Positions 24,352 to 35,900 of a stretch of DNA of 64,000 bases are shown here, in pieces. Each line of letters opens with the position of its first letter. The first letter of the stretch is position 1. The position numbers and the translations under genes are program-made. Below the pieces are notes generated by a model, which saw only the letters and a program-made list of their open reading frames with translations, did not search any database and was not told where the DNA came from. Source of the stretch: Antechinus flavipes (Eukaryota); contig NC_067401.1 in assembly GCF_016432865.1 (NCBI RefSeq), positions 45,570,001 to 45,634,000 of the forward strand, given 5' to 3'.

Positions 24352-25100
24352 TGTGGGCTTTTCCGAGGAGTTCAAAAAGCCGGCATCTTACGTCGGTCGC
24401 CCCGGACCCCCCGGAGCCCGGCGCCGTCCGCACCGGAGGACTATTGTGCTTATTCAACAAGTACCCCGGTCCCTAGCCCTCACCTTCAGCGGCCCCTCCC
24501 ACGCCCACCCCCAGAACCGAGTCACGCTCGCAGGCTCTTCCGCACCCTCCGGGCCTCTCGGCTTCCTGTACCCCGGGGAGCAGCGCGCGGCGGCCCCCTC
24601 ATGCCGGGGTTCAGCTCCCGCAGTCGTCGGCGCAGGGCAGCGGCCGAGCGCCGGCGCGTTCGATTACTTCTCTCCGCGCCCAGGCTCCGCGTTCGCGGCC
24701 CCCCAGGGGGCTTTACATGCCTCCACTCGGGATCCTCTCAAGTTTCAAAAAGGGCGCGTGTGGAACTTGCTCCGGCGGGGGCAGCGGGCGGACGCCGGGG
24801 CCTGAGCGGCCGGCGGGCTGAGTAACGGCCGCACGAGCTCGTCACAGGACGCCGGGCTTCATGGGTCACCGGAAGGGAAAGCAGAGCGGGGATCCCCGCG
24901 GCCCCGAAGCGGCTCCAGCCGCCCGCGTGGTCGTGGCCGTGGCCGTGGCGGCTGCGGCGACTGCTGGCTCGGGCGGGGTGGGGGGGCACTTCCTGCCGCG
25001 GCCGCTGGAGCTCTCGGCTGGGGGCGGGGAAGGGACGCGGCGGCGGCGGCGGCGGCGGCGCTAGCCCCGGGGCCGGTAGTTCTCGAGGCCTCGGGCGGAG
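24352..25100 (-). other. MAN1A2: Putative long GC-rich 5' UTR of MAN1A2 containing uORFs (upstream end uncertain, could extend to about 25670)
   Basis: Contiguous GC-rich sequence upstream of the ATG; the human orthologue has a long exon-1 leader (recalled). Minus-strand ATGs at 24386, 24602, 24718, 24862 and 25225. Confidence 0.6.
25037..25060. repeat. (GCG)8 trinucleotide repeat
   Basis: gcggcggcggcggcggcggcggcg read directly. Confidence 0.95.
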
Positions 25101-27469
25101 TGAGGCCGCGGCTCCCGGACGGAACCGGCCCAGGCCTGCTCGTTTTCGGCGTTGGCGTTGGCGGCGTGGGAAGCAGCCAGGCCGGGCCCGCTCGGTCCCG
25201 GAGCCCGCAGAGGGCGGCTGCTCATTCCTCTCCTCGGCCGCCGGGAGGAGGAGGAGGACGCTGAGCAGGAAGACGACGAAGACAAGCGGCGGTGGCGGCG
25301 CCGCGGGCGGCCCGGGGAGGGCGGTTACGCCGGCCTCCGGAGCGGGCCCGCGGCCGGCCCCTCAGCTCCCCGCCGCCGCCGGACAGACTCGCGGACTCGG
25401 CGGCTGCTCGGGGGCCAAGCCGGGCCTGGCTCCGTCCTCCTTCCGTGGCCCCCCGGCCCCGCGCGCGGCGGCCGAGCCTCTCCCCGCGCCCCCACCGCGG
25501 GCGGCTGGGAGGCTGGGCGGCTGGGTGGGGGCGAGCTAGCGGGCGCGCGCCGGGGAGCAAGGGCGGCCGGTGGAGGGGACGAGCGCGGCCTCCGCGCCTC
25601 GGCTCGCGAGTGGGTGTCAGGCGCGAGCGAGTGTGTGTGCGGTGTGAGCTGGCGGTGCGCGCGCACGCTCTCCGGCCCCCTCCCCGCCCCCGCCCCCTAG
25701 CGTCCCGGCGCCCGCAACCCGGACTTGGCTGCCAGCCCCCCTCCGGGTCCCGCCGTGCCCAAGCTATCAGCCCGGCCAGCCCATTCATCCCGCCTCTGGA
25801 TGGTCCTCTACCCTGGCATCAAGCCTTTATTTGCCTTTTTGCCACCTGCACCCACTGATCTTACTCCGGCCTTCAGGGACAAGCGGAGCGGGGCTGGTCC
25901 CTCCCGCCGTCCTTAAGACACTCGTGGCCCCTTCTCTCATCTTGTCCAAGAGGAACCTTCCAGCCCCTGGCGTGGCCTCCAATGTGGGGGCATCGCGCGG
26001 CGGAGCAGGGATGGGGCAGCACACGGGCTCTTCTGGGGACGGAGCATGGCGGGCGCTATTCATCCGAGACCGGCATCCCTTCCCAAAACCAAATCACCGG
26101 GCAGTCACCTAATTAAAACCGCAGGGCTTGGCCAAATCCAACCCAATGCAGCTTTTAAACTTGAATCTTACATGTATGTAGATCTCGTCTCTCCTCCCCT
26201 ATTCCTTAACTAGCAGGCAAACCCCTCGGGGCAGGACGTAGGATAACTGGCCCCAGGAGACGGTCTGCCGGGCTTCGGGTCATGTACTGGCTCAGGAGTG
26301 TTATCCTTATCACTTACACCCACCTGGGGCCGCGGTCTCCCCTTCTGTGAAAAGGAGGGACTGGAGTGGGTGTTGTCTAAATGGTCATCGCCTAACAGTC
26401 CGTGGCTTCAACCGCTATGTACTAACCACAGAGTACCTTTACAAGGTGCTGACCACTCAGCTTGGGATTCTAAAGAACAGAAAATAAAACAGACCCTCTA
26501 TTATTGAGGTTCCCCTCCCACACACACATAAAAATCTCCCCAGTGTTAACTCATACCTACATACCTCTTGGACCAGCTCCCCAAGCCCCATTTCTGTAAG
26601 CCCCAAAGTTCGTCCTATCCCCAGGGTATCATGAAGCTCAAATGAGATAGTGGATATAGAACACTTTGCAAAAGTTACAGCTCTACATAAATGCTAGCAA
26701 TTAATATTATTATTAGTCTACAGTCAGCTGGTTTCCAGTCTGGGGATGACTTCATTGACTGAACCTTCTCTTACACACCTGCTGAGTTCAAACAGTGTTT
26801 GTAGAACAATACAGGAAAGTGTACAGGTAAATATTTACAGGGGAGAAAGGGGGAAGGGATTTTAAGCTACATTAAATTTAATCTGCATTATTAATTCTTA
26901 AACCTAGATAATCAGCAAAACTAAGTTCTGATTTGTAATCGTTTCTGATTTCTGAGTTGTAAATATGAGTACTGAAGATTTCATAGTGGCCCTCACAAGC
27001 CAGTTAGAAGTGACTCCAGCATACCCTGTCTCTCCTAGTTCATTGCTAATACCCTTCCTAACAACTGGGTTCCTACATATTTCAATACCCTGTGGAACGA
27101 TTTCAAGTTCCCAGTAGTGGTTTGGGCTAGTCACTTAACAGTTCCCCAGCTGTAAAATGACTAAATAATAAGGCTTCTTTCAGCTTTAATGCTATTTTTT
27201 TTAATGGTTATCCCTCTTGGCTAGAATAATAAATAGCCCCAAAACCTTTAGTTTTGTTTTTCTTTTCTTGTTTTTGTGAATGTTAGAACTGGAAGAGATT
27301 AAAGTTCATCCATTCCAATCGACTTTATTTACAGATGAGGAAATAAATCTCAGAGAGGTTATGTAATTTACCTAAGATGACAACCAAAAAGTGATGGGAC
27401 CAGAACTAAAATCCAGGCCTATATTTTTAGGTCAGTAACCTTGCCTCTCTATCACTGGTTCCTCTATAT

Positions 27470-27680
27470 TAATGGTTCTCAAAGTATGGTAGAGGATATT
27501 TGGGGATTCTCTGACACTCTCTTGGGATGTCCTCAAAGTAAAAACTTTCAATATTATGATATTTTAGCTTTTTGTATAGTATTAATAGATATAAAACATA
27601 TCAAAGCTTTTTGGAGAGTCATCAATTTTTAAGAGAATAAGGAGCCTGTGACCAAAAAGTTTGAGAAAAATGGCACTAAA
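27470..27680. mobile_element. Non-autonomous hAT-Charlie-type DNA transposon (MER5/MER20-like)
   Basis: Ends resemble Charlie TIRs: …atggttctcaaagtatggt… and …ccaaaaagtttgagaaaaatg. Confidence 0.6.
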
Positions 27681-29409
27681 TCATGGTCTTTAAAGCTGGT
27701 TTGGGGCTCCTGCTAGATCTTATCTGATTTTCTGGCATTTTCCATTTTTAAATGCATTTGCTTCAAAGAAACTTCATTAAGACTGAAAGCTAATTGTTCA
27801 TACCTGCATCTGAGTTTTGCAGTTCTATGACCACTGATTAATATGTCATTTAATTACTGGACTATGCCATATAGTATAAGAAAAGGGCTTCTTTGTGATG
27901 ATAAAATTAAATTTCCCTCATGTCAGTGGAGAGCTGGTAGAAAACAAGTGCAAAATTATGTGTATATTATTAACCTATGTGTGTCTGTTGTTGCAAGGGA
28001 GGAAATGTTGAGGGGAAGAACAATATTGAAAAGTCATGGTGATGGGGGAAAACATCAATAAAACTTTTCTATTTTAATGAATCTTTATCCACTGGAGTTT
28101 TTAAATCTGTGATAACTAAGGTCATATCTTATGCAATTTAAATAATATACATGAACTGTAATGTACACAAACATAGGAAACATTTCACTTCAGAAAATCA
28201 CTTGAGAGTATTTTGCCCTCCAAAAAATATTTGTGCTTAAATCAGAAATACAAGTTTCAGAAGTAGCAAGTCAATATTGATTTCATTCTTGGAAATTTAT
28301 CTGAATTAATGAATATTTTAATGAAAATAAAATGTAGTCCCAAGAAATCATTACAAAACAAAATTGACATGTATATGAATTTCAGGTTTATAGGTTCATA
28401 TATGGAAACGATATTAAAATTAAAACATTTTGTATTCAATCATGTGTTGATTCTTTCCAGTAGCAATGCATTTTTTAACACCTACAGGAATATAAAAAAT
28501 ACAACGCCAAGCTCTATTTTAAGTGTTACTGGAGTCATAATTTACTGCAAGAATAATTGTTATTGTTCAAGAAAGTCAGTTCCCATGTATAACTCATGAC
28601 TCCTTATGTTCCCCCTTTTAATTTTAGTTGATTAGTAATACTAGAAGACAAAGGTGAAGAAAAGGCTAGAACACAAAATGAGTTTGTAAGGAAAACTATA
28701 AAGCAGGCTTGTTCTGCCTTCATCCAATTATACCTTCCTCTTCAGAAGAGCATACTGCTGTCCTGTTAAATAATGAGATAACTAGAAATCTATATGTAGA
28801 AATAGAATATTTCAAAATCTCCAGTGATTATCAGTATAATCAGGAAGTTTCATTTGTTTCATCACCCCAGACCAGTTACTATTTACCATCATCTGCTTTT
28901 TCTGACTCCAGACCTCCTTTCTGCCTCATTATCTGGGCCAACAGCCCGTCTTTATCTTCCTCACTTCATCCCACTTTGAACTTGGGTAGGGAAACTGTAA
29001 ACCTCTTCTTATTCTGCTGTGAAAGCAAAACTGACTGAATGGAATATCTCATCTAAAATCATAAGGCCTGAATTTTGTCCACAGTATCTATAGATTTTTT
29101 TTTTTTTTTCCAGTTAGGCAGTCCTTTTTGTAACAAGGAGCACGCGGGCATTGTTCTAGGTGCATCATGTTTCGTTGAGGTTAAGTTCCCACTCTTAAGC
29201 CAAGGTAAAAAAAAAATCACAACATAAGGCCACAAACAGCTCTCTACTTGTATAAATATATTGGCCAAAATGTTAGCTGCATTCCCAGAATCTTCGAATT
29301 GGAAGAAACCTCAGAAATAATTTAGGAGACAAAATGGTATGAAAAACAGAGGAAATAAGTGTTTTTTATAAGATCTGGATTCTAATCTTTTCCCCACTTA
29401 ATAGTTTTT

Positions 29410-29830
29410 TTAATTATTTTTTCCAATTACTTATATAGGTCATTTATTTTTTGTAAGATTTTGAGTTCCAAATTTTTTCTCCCTCCAACCTTTCTTCCCC
29501 CAAACAGAAAAAAAAATCTGATGTAGGTTAGTCATTTTAAACATTTCCATATTTGACATGTTGTAAAAGAAAAATCAGAACTGAAAGGGAAAACCATGAG
29601 AAGAAAAGAAAAATAGTGTACATTCATCTGCATTCTGCCTCCATAATTCTTTCTCTAGATGTGAAAGGCTTTTTCCATCCTAAATCTTTTGGAATTGTCT
29701 TGGATAACTGTATCACTGAGAAAGCCTAAGTCTGTCATAGTTGATAATCATATAGTCTTGTTGTTACTAGATACAATGTTCTTCTGGTTCTGCTCACTTA
29801 ACTCAGCATCAGTTCATGAGAGTCTTTGCA
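29410..29830 (-). mobile_element. Older LINE-1 3' fragment
   Basis: ttttccaattac…ttttgagttccaaattttttctcc…aatgttcttctggttctgctcactt…cagcatcagttcatg. Confidence 0.8.
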
Positions 29831-30264
29831 GGTTTTTCTGAATGAATTCCAATCTTAAACTCTGTCATTTAAGAGCTTTATAAGCTCACAATCTCTCTTT
29901 GGGCTTCAAAGAGGCTTAATCTGTGAAATGACATTCCTGGAGTAAAGAATAACATTTTCATGTATCCCTTTAAGTTTTGAAAAGCACTTTCCTTGTAACA
30001 TCATATAGATAAGATAGCACAAGTATCATTCCCATTTTAAAGATGAAGAAACAAGATATGAGAGGCTTATTCACCCATGACCACTAATCCAATCTCCTAA
30101 CTCAAAGTCCTGTGTTATATAGTGCATGTCGCCTCTCAGATCATCAGTATGATTTCTTCTAGTCGAACCTGTTTTTCAGTGAATAGAATGAATGGACTTC
30201 ACATACCAATGCAAAATCTAGATAGTTAAGCATGAAGGCACAAAGAATTAGAAAGACCTTATAA

Positions 30265-30500
30265 TTGGCAGCTAGATGATAGAGTGCAGAATCTGGACTT
30301 AGAAAGATCTGGATTCAAATCCAGCCTCAGCCATTTCCTAGCTATATGATCCTCAACAAGTCACTCAACCCTATTTTCTTTAGTTTCCTCAGCTATAAAA
30401 TGGGGGTAATAATAGTGCCTACCTCCCAGGGTTATTGCAAGGATCAAATGAGATAATAATTGTAAAGCTCTTATCATAATGCCTGGAAGGGGGTAGGCAA
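30265..30500 (+). mobile_element. MIR
   Basis: ggcagctagatg…tggattcaaatccagcctcag…ctataaaatgggggtaataatagtgcctacctcccaggg. Confidence 0.85.
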
Positions 30501-30551
30501 TAAATTCCTATCTTTTACCACCTAAATATACCTAAAAAGAATTATATTTCT

Positions 30552-31024
30552 TTTTTTTTTTTTGGGGGGGGGCTTTAGGAAATCTCCCAGTCTTTTCTTT
30601 TCTTTTTTTTTTTTAATTTTTTATTTAATAATTACATTATATTGACACTCATTTCTGTTCCGATTTTTTTTTCCCCTCCCTCCCTCCACCCCCTCCCCTA
30701 GATGGCAAGCAGTCCTTTATATGTTGGATATGTTGCAGTATATCCTAGATACAATATATGTTTGCAGAACCGAACAGTTCTCTTGTTGCGTAGGGAGAAT
30801 TGGATTCAGAAGGTATAAATAATCCGGGAAGAAAAACAAAAATGCAGATAGTTCACATTCGTTTCCCAGTGTTCTTTCTTTGGGTGTAGCTGCTTTTGTC
30901 CGTCATTTATCAATTGAAACTCAGGTCTCTTTGTCAAAGAAATCCACTTCCATCAAAATATGTCCTTCGACAACGATATTGTATGAGGACATATTTTGAT
31001 GGAAGTGGATTTCTTTGACAAAGA
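30552..31024 (-). mobile_element. Young 5'-truncated, 5'-inverted LINE-1 with 3' transduction
   Basis: TSD AAAGAATTATATTTCT at 30536-30551 and 31020-31035; polyT 30552-30563, 29-nt unique tag 30564-30592, second T-rich tail, L1 3' UTR antisense to 30966, then inverted L1 segment 30967-31024. Confidence 0.9.
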
Positions 31025-31089
31025 ATTATATTTCTGACGGGGACAATAATATGGTATATAATAGGGATAATATAATAGCTGCCCCAAGA

Positions 31090-31310
31090 AGGATAAGAGT
31101 ATGGGGGCTTAGAGTTAGGAAAATTTATCTTCCTGAGTTCAAATGTGGTTTTACACGCTAACTGTGTGACTCTAGACAAGTCACTTAACCCTGTCTGCTT
31201 CAGCTTTCTCATCTGTAAAATGAGCCAGAGAAGGAAATGGCAAACCATTCCATTATCTTTGCCAAAAAAGCTCCAAAATGAGTCACAAAGAGCTGGACAG
31301 GACATAAAAA
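31090..31310 (+). mobile_element. Mar1-type CORE-SINE
   Basis: cctgagttcaaat…gtgactctagacaagtcacttaaccctg…ggaaatggcaaaccattccattatctttgccaa…gagtcacaaagagctggaca. Confidence 0.85.
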
Positions 31311-31872
31311 TAATATATAATAGGGGCATATAGTGGGGGATTGCTGGTGATTTGATAGATCAACCAAGTGTCTGCTAAAATAGGATGTAGTATCAGGGAT
31401 ACCCAGGCTCTAACCATATTATGTAACTTTCTGTGGCTCTTTGAAAGTTAGAACTCAATTGATCAAACACTCAGGTTTGTTTTTGGTGGGGAGGTGGATG
31501 TTTGATTTTTTTTTTTTTTTTTTTGTCCCTGATAGACAATTATACTGATTTTATCAGCCCAAGACTGATAGAGCAATAACCAGATCCCATAATCTAGAGC
31601 AATAATGCCAACATCAAAATAGCATCCCAGCCTCATCTCATGTGATTGAAATACCTCTGCCAAAATTTTTCTCGGGTGTCCTGAGTGTAGGAAATCAACA
31701 GAAACCAAGTTTCCATCTTCAATGAGGTCGCTGTTCTGCTACCACGAGGTTTATTTCACTGCCTGCTCACACCGGCCTTTAATTAGCATCAATACTACCC
31801 TTGGCATATTCTAGCCAGTTCCTTGTCTTGGATGTTCAGGAAACTTAAAACTTTCTCTGCTACCCTAGAAAT

Positions 31873-32062
31873 CTGTATTTCATTAGTAAAAACATCTGAA
31901 TTATAATCTCAACTAGTGACTCCTCTGGGTTTCAGTCTCTTCATTTGTAAAATGAAAATAAATATACTGTATTTCATTAGTGAAAAGATCTGAATTATAA
32001 TCTCAACTAGTGACTCCTCTGGGTTTCAGTCTCTTCATTTGTAAAATGGAAATAAATATACT
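31873..32062 (+). repeat. 94-bp tandem duplication (2 copies) inside a MIR remnant
   Basis: Copies start at 31873 and 31967; 3 mismatches. Confidence 0.93.
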
Positions 32063-32399
32063 ATCATTATTCACCTTATGTGTTTTTGAAAAGAAATCAC
32101 CTAGCACACTCTAACATAATGCAGAAATTAGTTATTGTAATTATTCATCTGTTCTTAGCTTGGTCAACAGTTTTTTTATTGCCCAGGACACGAGCAATGA
32201 GATTTCAAACTAAATCTTTTTGCTGAGTTTAGCTTCTTTATCTGCAGGTCCCCGGCCTCTATATGTAAAAACAAAAACAAAGGCGATTCACCTAGAAGAA
32301 GGATCTTAATGTCATCACCTCAAAGCATATACTCATCTCCTTGGAGTTCTTTCTACATTTAGACAGATTCACTCAGGAGCACAATCTTAATACTATTTT

Positions 32400-33000
32400 A
32401 GTCAGTGAACAAGTATTTATCAATCACAGACTCTAGGCTTGCCCCTGTGCTAAGCACTGAGGATACAAAATTAAAAAAAAAAAATCTCTACTTTCAAATT
32501 GCTTTTAGTATAAATTAGAGATAATCTCAAGGGGAGAATGCTATGATTAAGGAGGAATTCTTATCCAAGGGAAGAATTTAGCTGATACTTGAAGGAATTC
32601 AGGGGAGCCAGAAAGCAGAGGTTAAGAGAACGTTCCTGGCTTGGAGGACTGTCAGTAAAAACACTCAGAATCTGGAAAATGATTTTTGTCATGTGCAAAA
32701 AACAGTAATGAGCCCCATCTTCCTAGATTGAAGAGCATGTGGAGGGGAGTAAAGTGCAAGACAAGAAGAGGAAAAAAGGCCCACGTTATAAAAGGTTTCA
32801 AAAAAAAGCTTTTCTACTTGATCCTGGAGGTGCTGGAGAGCCACTGGAGTCTGTTGAATAGAAAGGTGACATTGTCAGACTTTTGCTTTAGGAAAATCAT
32901 TTTAGTGACTGAGAGATACTGTTCGTTATAGTAAAGTGATAGATTAAAGATACAGAATAAGACACGTATGTTTCTTTTTTGCACACATATGAACATATAT
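32400..33000 (-). mobile_element. L2 fragment
   Basis: aagtatttat…ccctgtgctaagcactgaggatacaaaa…ctggagagccactggagtctgttgaatag. Confidence 0.75.
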
Positions 33001-33489
33001 GTGTATGGCTGTGTGCATATACATGTATGTATGTTTGTGCATGTGTGTACACATATACATATATTTGTATATTGTGTATATATACATATAAATCAGCCTG
33101 GAGGGAATTTGTTTTGCTTGATTGTATATTATGAGAAATTGTTTATTTTCTTTTTTTTCCCAATGAGGTAGAGTTGATAAGGAAGGAACAAAAATAGATT
33201 TGTATTATTATTTTTTTAATAGAGAGGTATAGGGATGCTGTGGATATGAAATGTTGCTTGCTTCAAATGAGGATAGATAGTCATGAAAGTACAACTAGTT
33301 GTCAGAAAGAAGATTGGGGCTGGACAAGTAGATCCAAGAATCATGTAAATAGAGATGATAAAAATTATTTTTAGTTTGTGAAAAACTATCTTTAGAGATA
33401 ATTGGAAAAAATACTCCTAAGGGGAAAAAACATTTAAAAGGTGAATTATTCTGTAAAGGGAGATCTTTAGAAATGAAATAAACACTCCT

Positions 33490-33760
33490 TATTTCACCAT
33501 ATTAAAAAAAAAATAGAGATGATAATTGAATCCAAGGAAGCTGATGTGATATCACCATACAAAAATAGTACAAGAATAGTATCAAGGGAGAAAAGAAGAG
33601 GCCCAGGACAGCGCGTAGAGGAACACTCCAGGTAAGGGTGTTTCCTACATGAGAATCCAACAAAGGAGACTGAGATGAAGAAGTCAGAAAAGTAGGAAGA
33701 AAACCAGGAGAGAGTGATGTCCTGAAAACTTGGAAGAGAGGTCATAAGGTAGAAGTGTCC
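33490..33760 (-). mobile_element. L2 fragment
   Basis: gagatgataattgaatcc…gactgagatgaagaagtcagaaaagtaggaagaaaaccaggagagagtgatgtcctgaaa. Confidence 0.75.
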
Positions 33761-34019
33761 ATAAAGCTTAACAGTACTGCATTTATGAAAGTTATTATAA
33801 TATATAAGTATATATATATCTTATTGTGTGTGCCCCTGTGTGTTGCTAATTATATAGAGCACATACATATATAAAGCAGTATTGGTATAAAGAAAGAAAA
33901 CTATAATAAGAGGTAGAAGTCCTGGGTTCTAGTTATGGCCATGTCACTAATCAGTCATCTTAATTAGGTTACATTCTAGCCACATTGTCCTCGATTACCT
34001 ATATTGATCCCTTAATAAA

Positions 34020-34130
34020 ACAGAAGTCAGGAGGACCTGAGTTCAAATTTGCCCTCAGACACTTAACACTTCCTGAAAGTGTGACCTTGGGCAAGTCACT
34101 TAACCCCAATTGCCTCAGCAATAAATAAAT
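34020..34130 (+). mobile_element. WSINE1-like SINE (5'-truncated)
   Basis: gaagtcaggaggacctgagttcaaat…gacacttaacacttcc…gtgaccttgggcaagtcacttaaccccaattgcctcagcaataaataaat. Confidence 0.85.
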
Positions 34131-34149
34131 AAAACAGTTCATCTCCATA

Positions 34150-35900
34150 TTAAATTCTACTCTTCCTGAATGACTTATTCCTTCATTCTATTATTCCTCA
34201 TTTCTAAATCAAGCCTCTTAATTATTTCCATCACCTGCCCTTTTTTGCCCCTGCTCACATGGTTCCCTCCCCCCCACCATGTCCCATCTCACAGCAGCAA
34301 GGCAATTTTTTTTCCTTCTCCTTCATTGATTCCCTGTCCCACTCACCACATTTCTAGATTGTTCCTCAAACCTCCCATAGCACACTCCCACCTGCCCTCT
34401 TACCTGAGGATCCCCTTTCATAATCTATGGAGAAAATAGAGAAAACAGAAGTGCTCTCTTCTTCCCTTTTCCTCAATTCACAGCTCTTGATTTCATTCCC
34501 TGTTTCTTTCAGTCTTTAAAAATGAAGTGAACTCTCCCTTTCACCATCCATGCTGATTCCTCTATGTATGCAATTGGACTCCTCCTCTCCGGTCTTTTCC
34601 AGCTAATTGCCATCCCTACTTTCTAATCTTCCATTTCTCCATATGTATATATTGCTTTTATGTTATCTACAAACATGTCTATATCTTGGCTTTTTTTTTT
34701 TTTTTTTGGCATTTTTGAAGTTATTTTGTTATCTTTTTGAATATTTTTCACATTAAAAAAAAAAAAAAAACAGTAGATTCTCCCATTCCTGCTAACTGAA
34801 TGCCTCTTTTCTCAAGCAGAGTCTTTGAGAAAGTTGGCTATATTCTGTTCCTACATATCCTTTCCTTTACTCGCCTCTTAACCTTCTGCAATCTGGTCTC
34901 TGGCCTCATCACTCAACTGAAACTGCTGTCTCCAAAGTCATCAATTATCTTTTAATTGTCAAATTTAATGGCCTCTTTTCTGTCTTCATCCTTTTTGACC
35001 TCTCTACCTTCAAACTACACTGTTCCTCCCCCTTCTCTTCAAAGATATCTTCTCCTTTCTGTGTATTTGTGATTCTGTTATCTCTTAGTTCTTAAACTAC
35101 CCATCTGGCCATTCTCTGTTTCCTTTGTTGGATCATCATCCTTGACACATCCTCTTATCACCCTGTCATCTCTTGCCTAGAAAATTGGTCTTCCTGCCTC
35201 AAGTCTTCCCACCGTGTGGGTCCTTCCTCCACAGATTCTAGTCACTGATTTTTCCCCCTAAAATACAGGACAATGTCTCTCTTTCCTATTCAACAAACTC
35301 CAGTGATTCCCTATTATCTCTAGAATCTGGGATGTAAGCTCTTTCTTACTTGGCCCTTTTCTACCTTCTTTCCAATCTATTCAGATATCACTCCCCACTT
35401 TGTTCTCCCAGGTGCAGACATGCTGATTTTTTGGTGTTCATTAAACACTATCTATCTTCCATCTCCATTCCCTCACTCAAATCCAATTCATTCTCTGATG
35501 TCATGGTTGTCTTGGAGAATGAAGGACAAAGAACAATAACAACCTTTGCACAAACTGGCTCCCATTTTTCTCAGGCTCTCTGATCACTCCTCTACCTCCT
35601 GGAAAACACAGCTTCCTTGAAGATTCAGCTCAAGTGTCAACATCTGCATGGGTCCCCCACTATAAGTTCCTTTCCTTCCAAGGCTACTTTGAATTTGATT
35701 TGCATATGCCTTGGACATATACACATACATTCATATGGCTGGATGGATGAATGGATGAATATATGTATGTATATGTCATTTTCCCTGTTAGAAAGTAAAT
35801 TCCTTGAGAACAAATATAGTTTTGTTTTTGTAGTTGTAGTCCTAGTACTTAGCATAGAGCTTGTCACATAGTAAACTCCTAATAAAAGATATTTCATTTA
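34150..35900 (+). mobile_element. Long L2 fragment including the 3' end
   Basis: L2 ORF2-derived pyrimidine-rich sequence (catcactcaactgaaactgctgtctccaaagtcatcaa…) ending in ttagaaagtaaattccttgag…cctagtacttagca…aataaa. Confidence 0.8.

Larger units (their letters stand above)
23950..26350. promoter_or_regulatory. MAN1A2: CpG island covering the MAN1A2 promoter, 5' leader and exon 1
   Basis: Abrupt switch to very GC- and CpG-rich sequence against an AT-rich, CpG-depleted background. Tandem GC boxes (GGGGCGGGG on minus) at 25682-25696. TSS cannot be fixed from sequence alone. Confidence 0.93.

Noticed and set aside
24352-24375. TTG-initiated 8-aa N-terminal extension of MAN1A2 (ORF-track start)
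   Set aside because: Weak near-cognate codon, an in-frame TAA lies five codons upstream, and the known protein begins MTTPALL.
24046-24825. 259-aa plus-strand ORF (and 24344-24805, 23915-24274)
   Set aside because: Antisense shadow of MAN1A2 exon 1 and the GC-rich leader; stop codons are rare at this GC content; no recognisable domain.
25152-25916. Overlapping 110-190-aa Arg/Gly/Pro/Ala-rich ORFs on both strands
   Set aside because: Typical CpG-island artefacts in several frames at once, mostly with non-ATG starts.
19529-31786. Shared 14-mer ACCGGCCTTTAATT near 19530 and 31772
   Set aside because: Several 14-mer matches are expected by chance in 64 kb, and the match does not extend.
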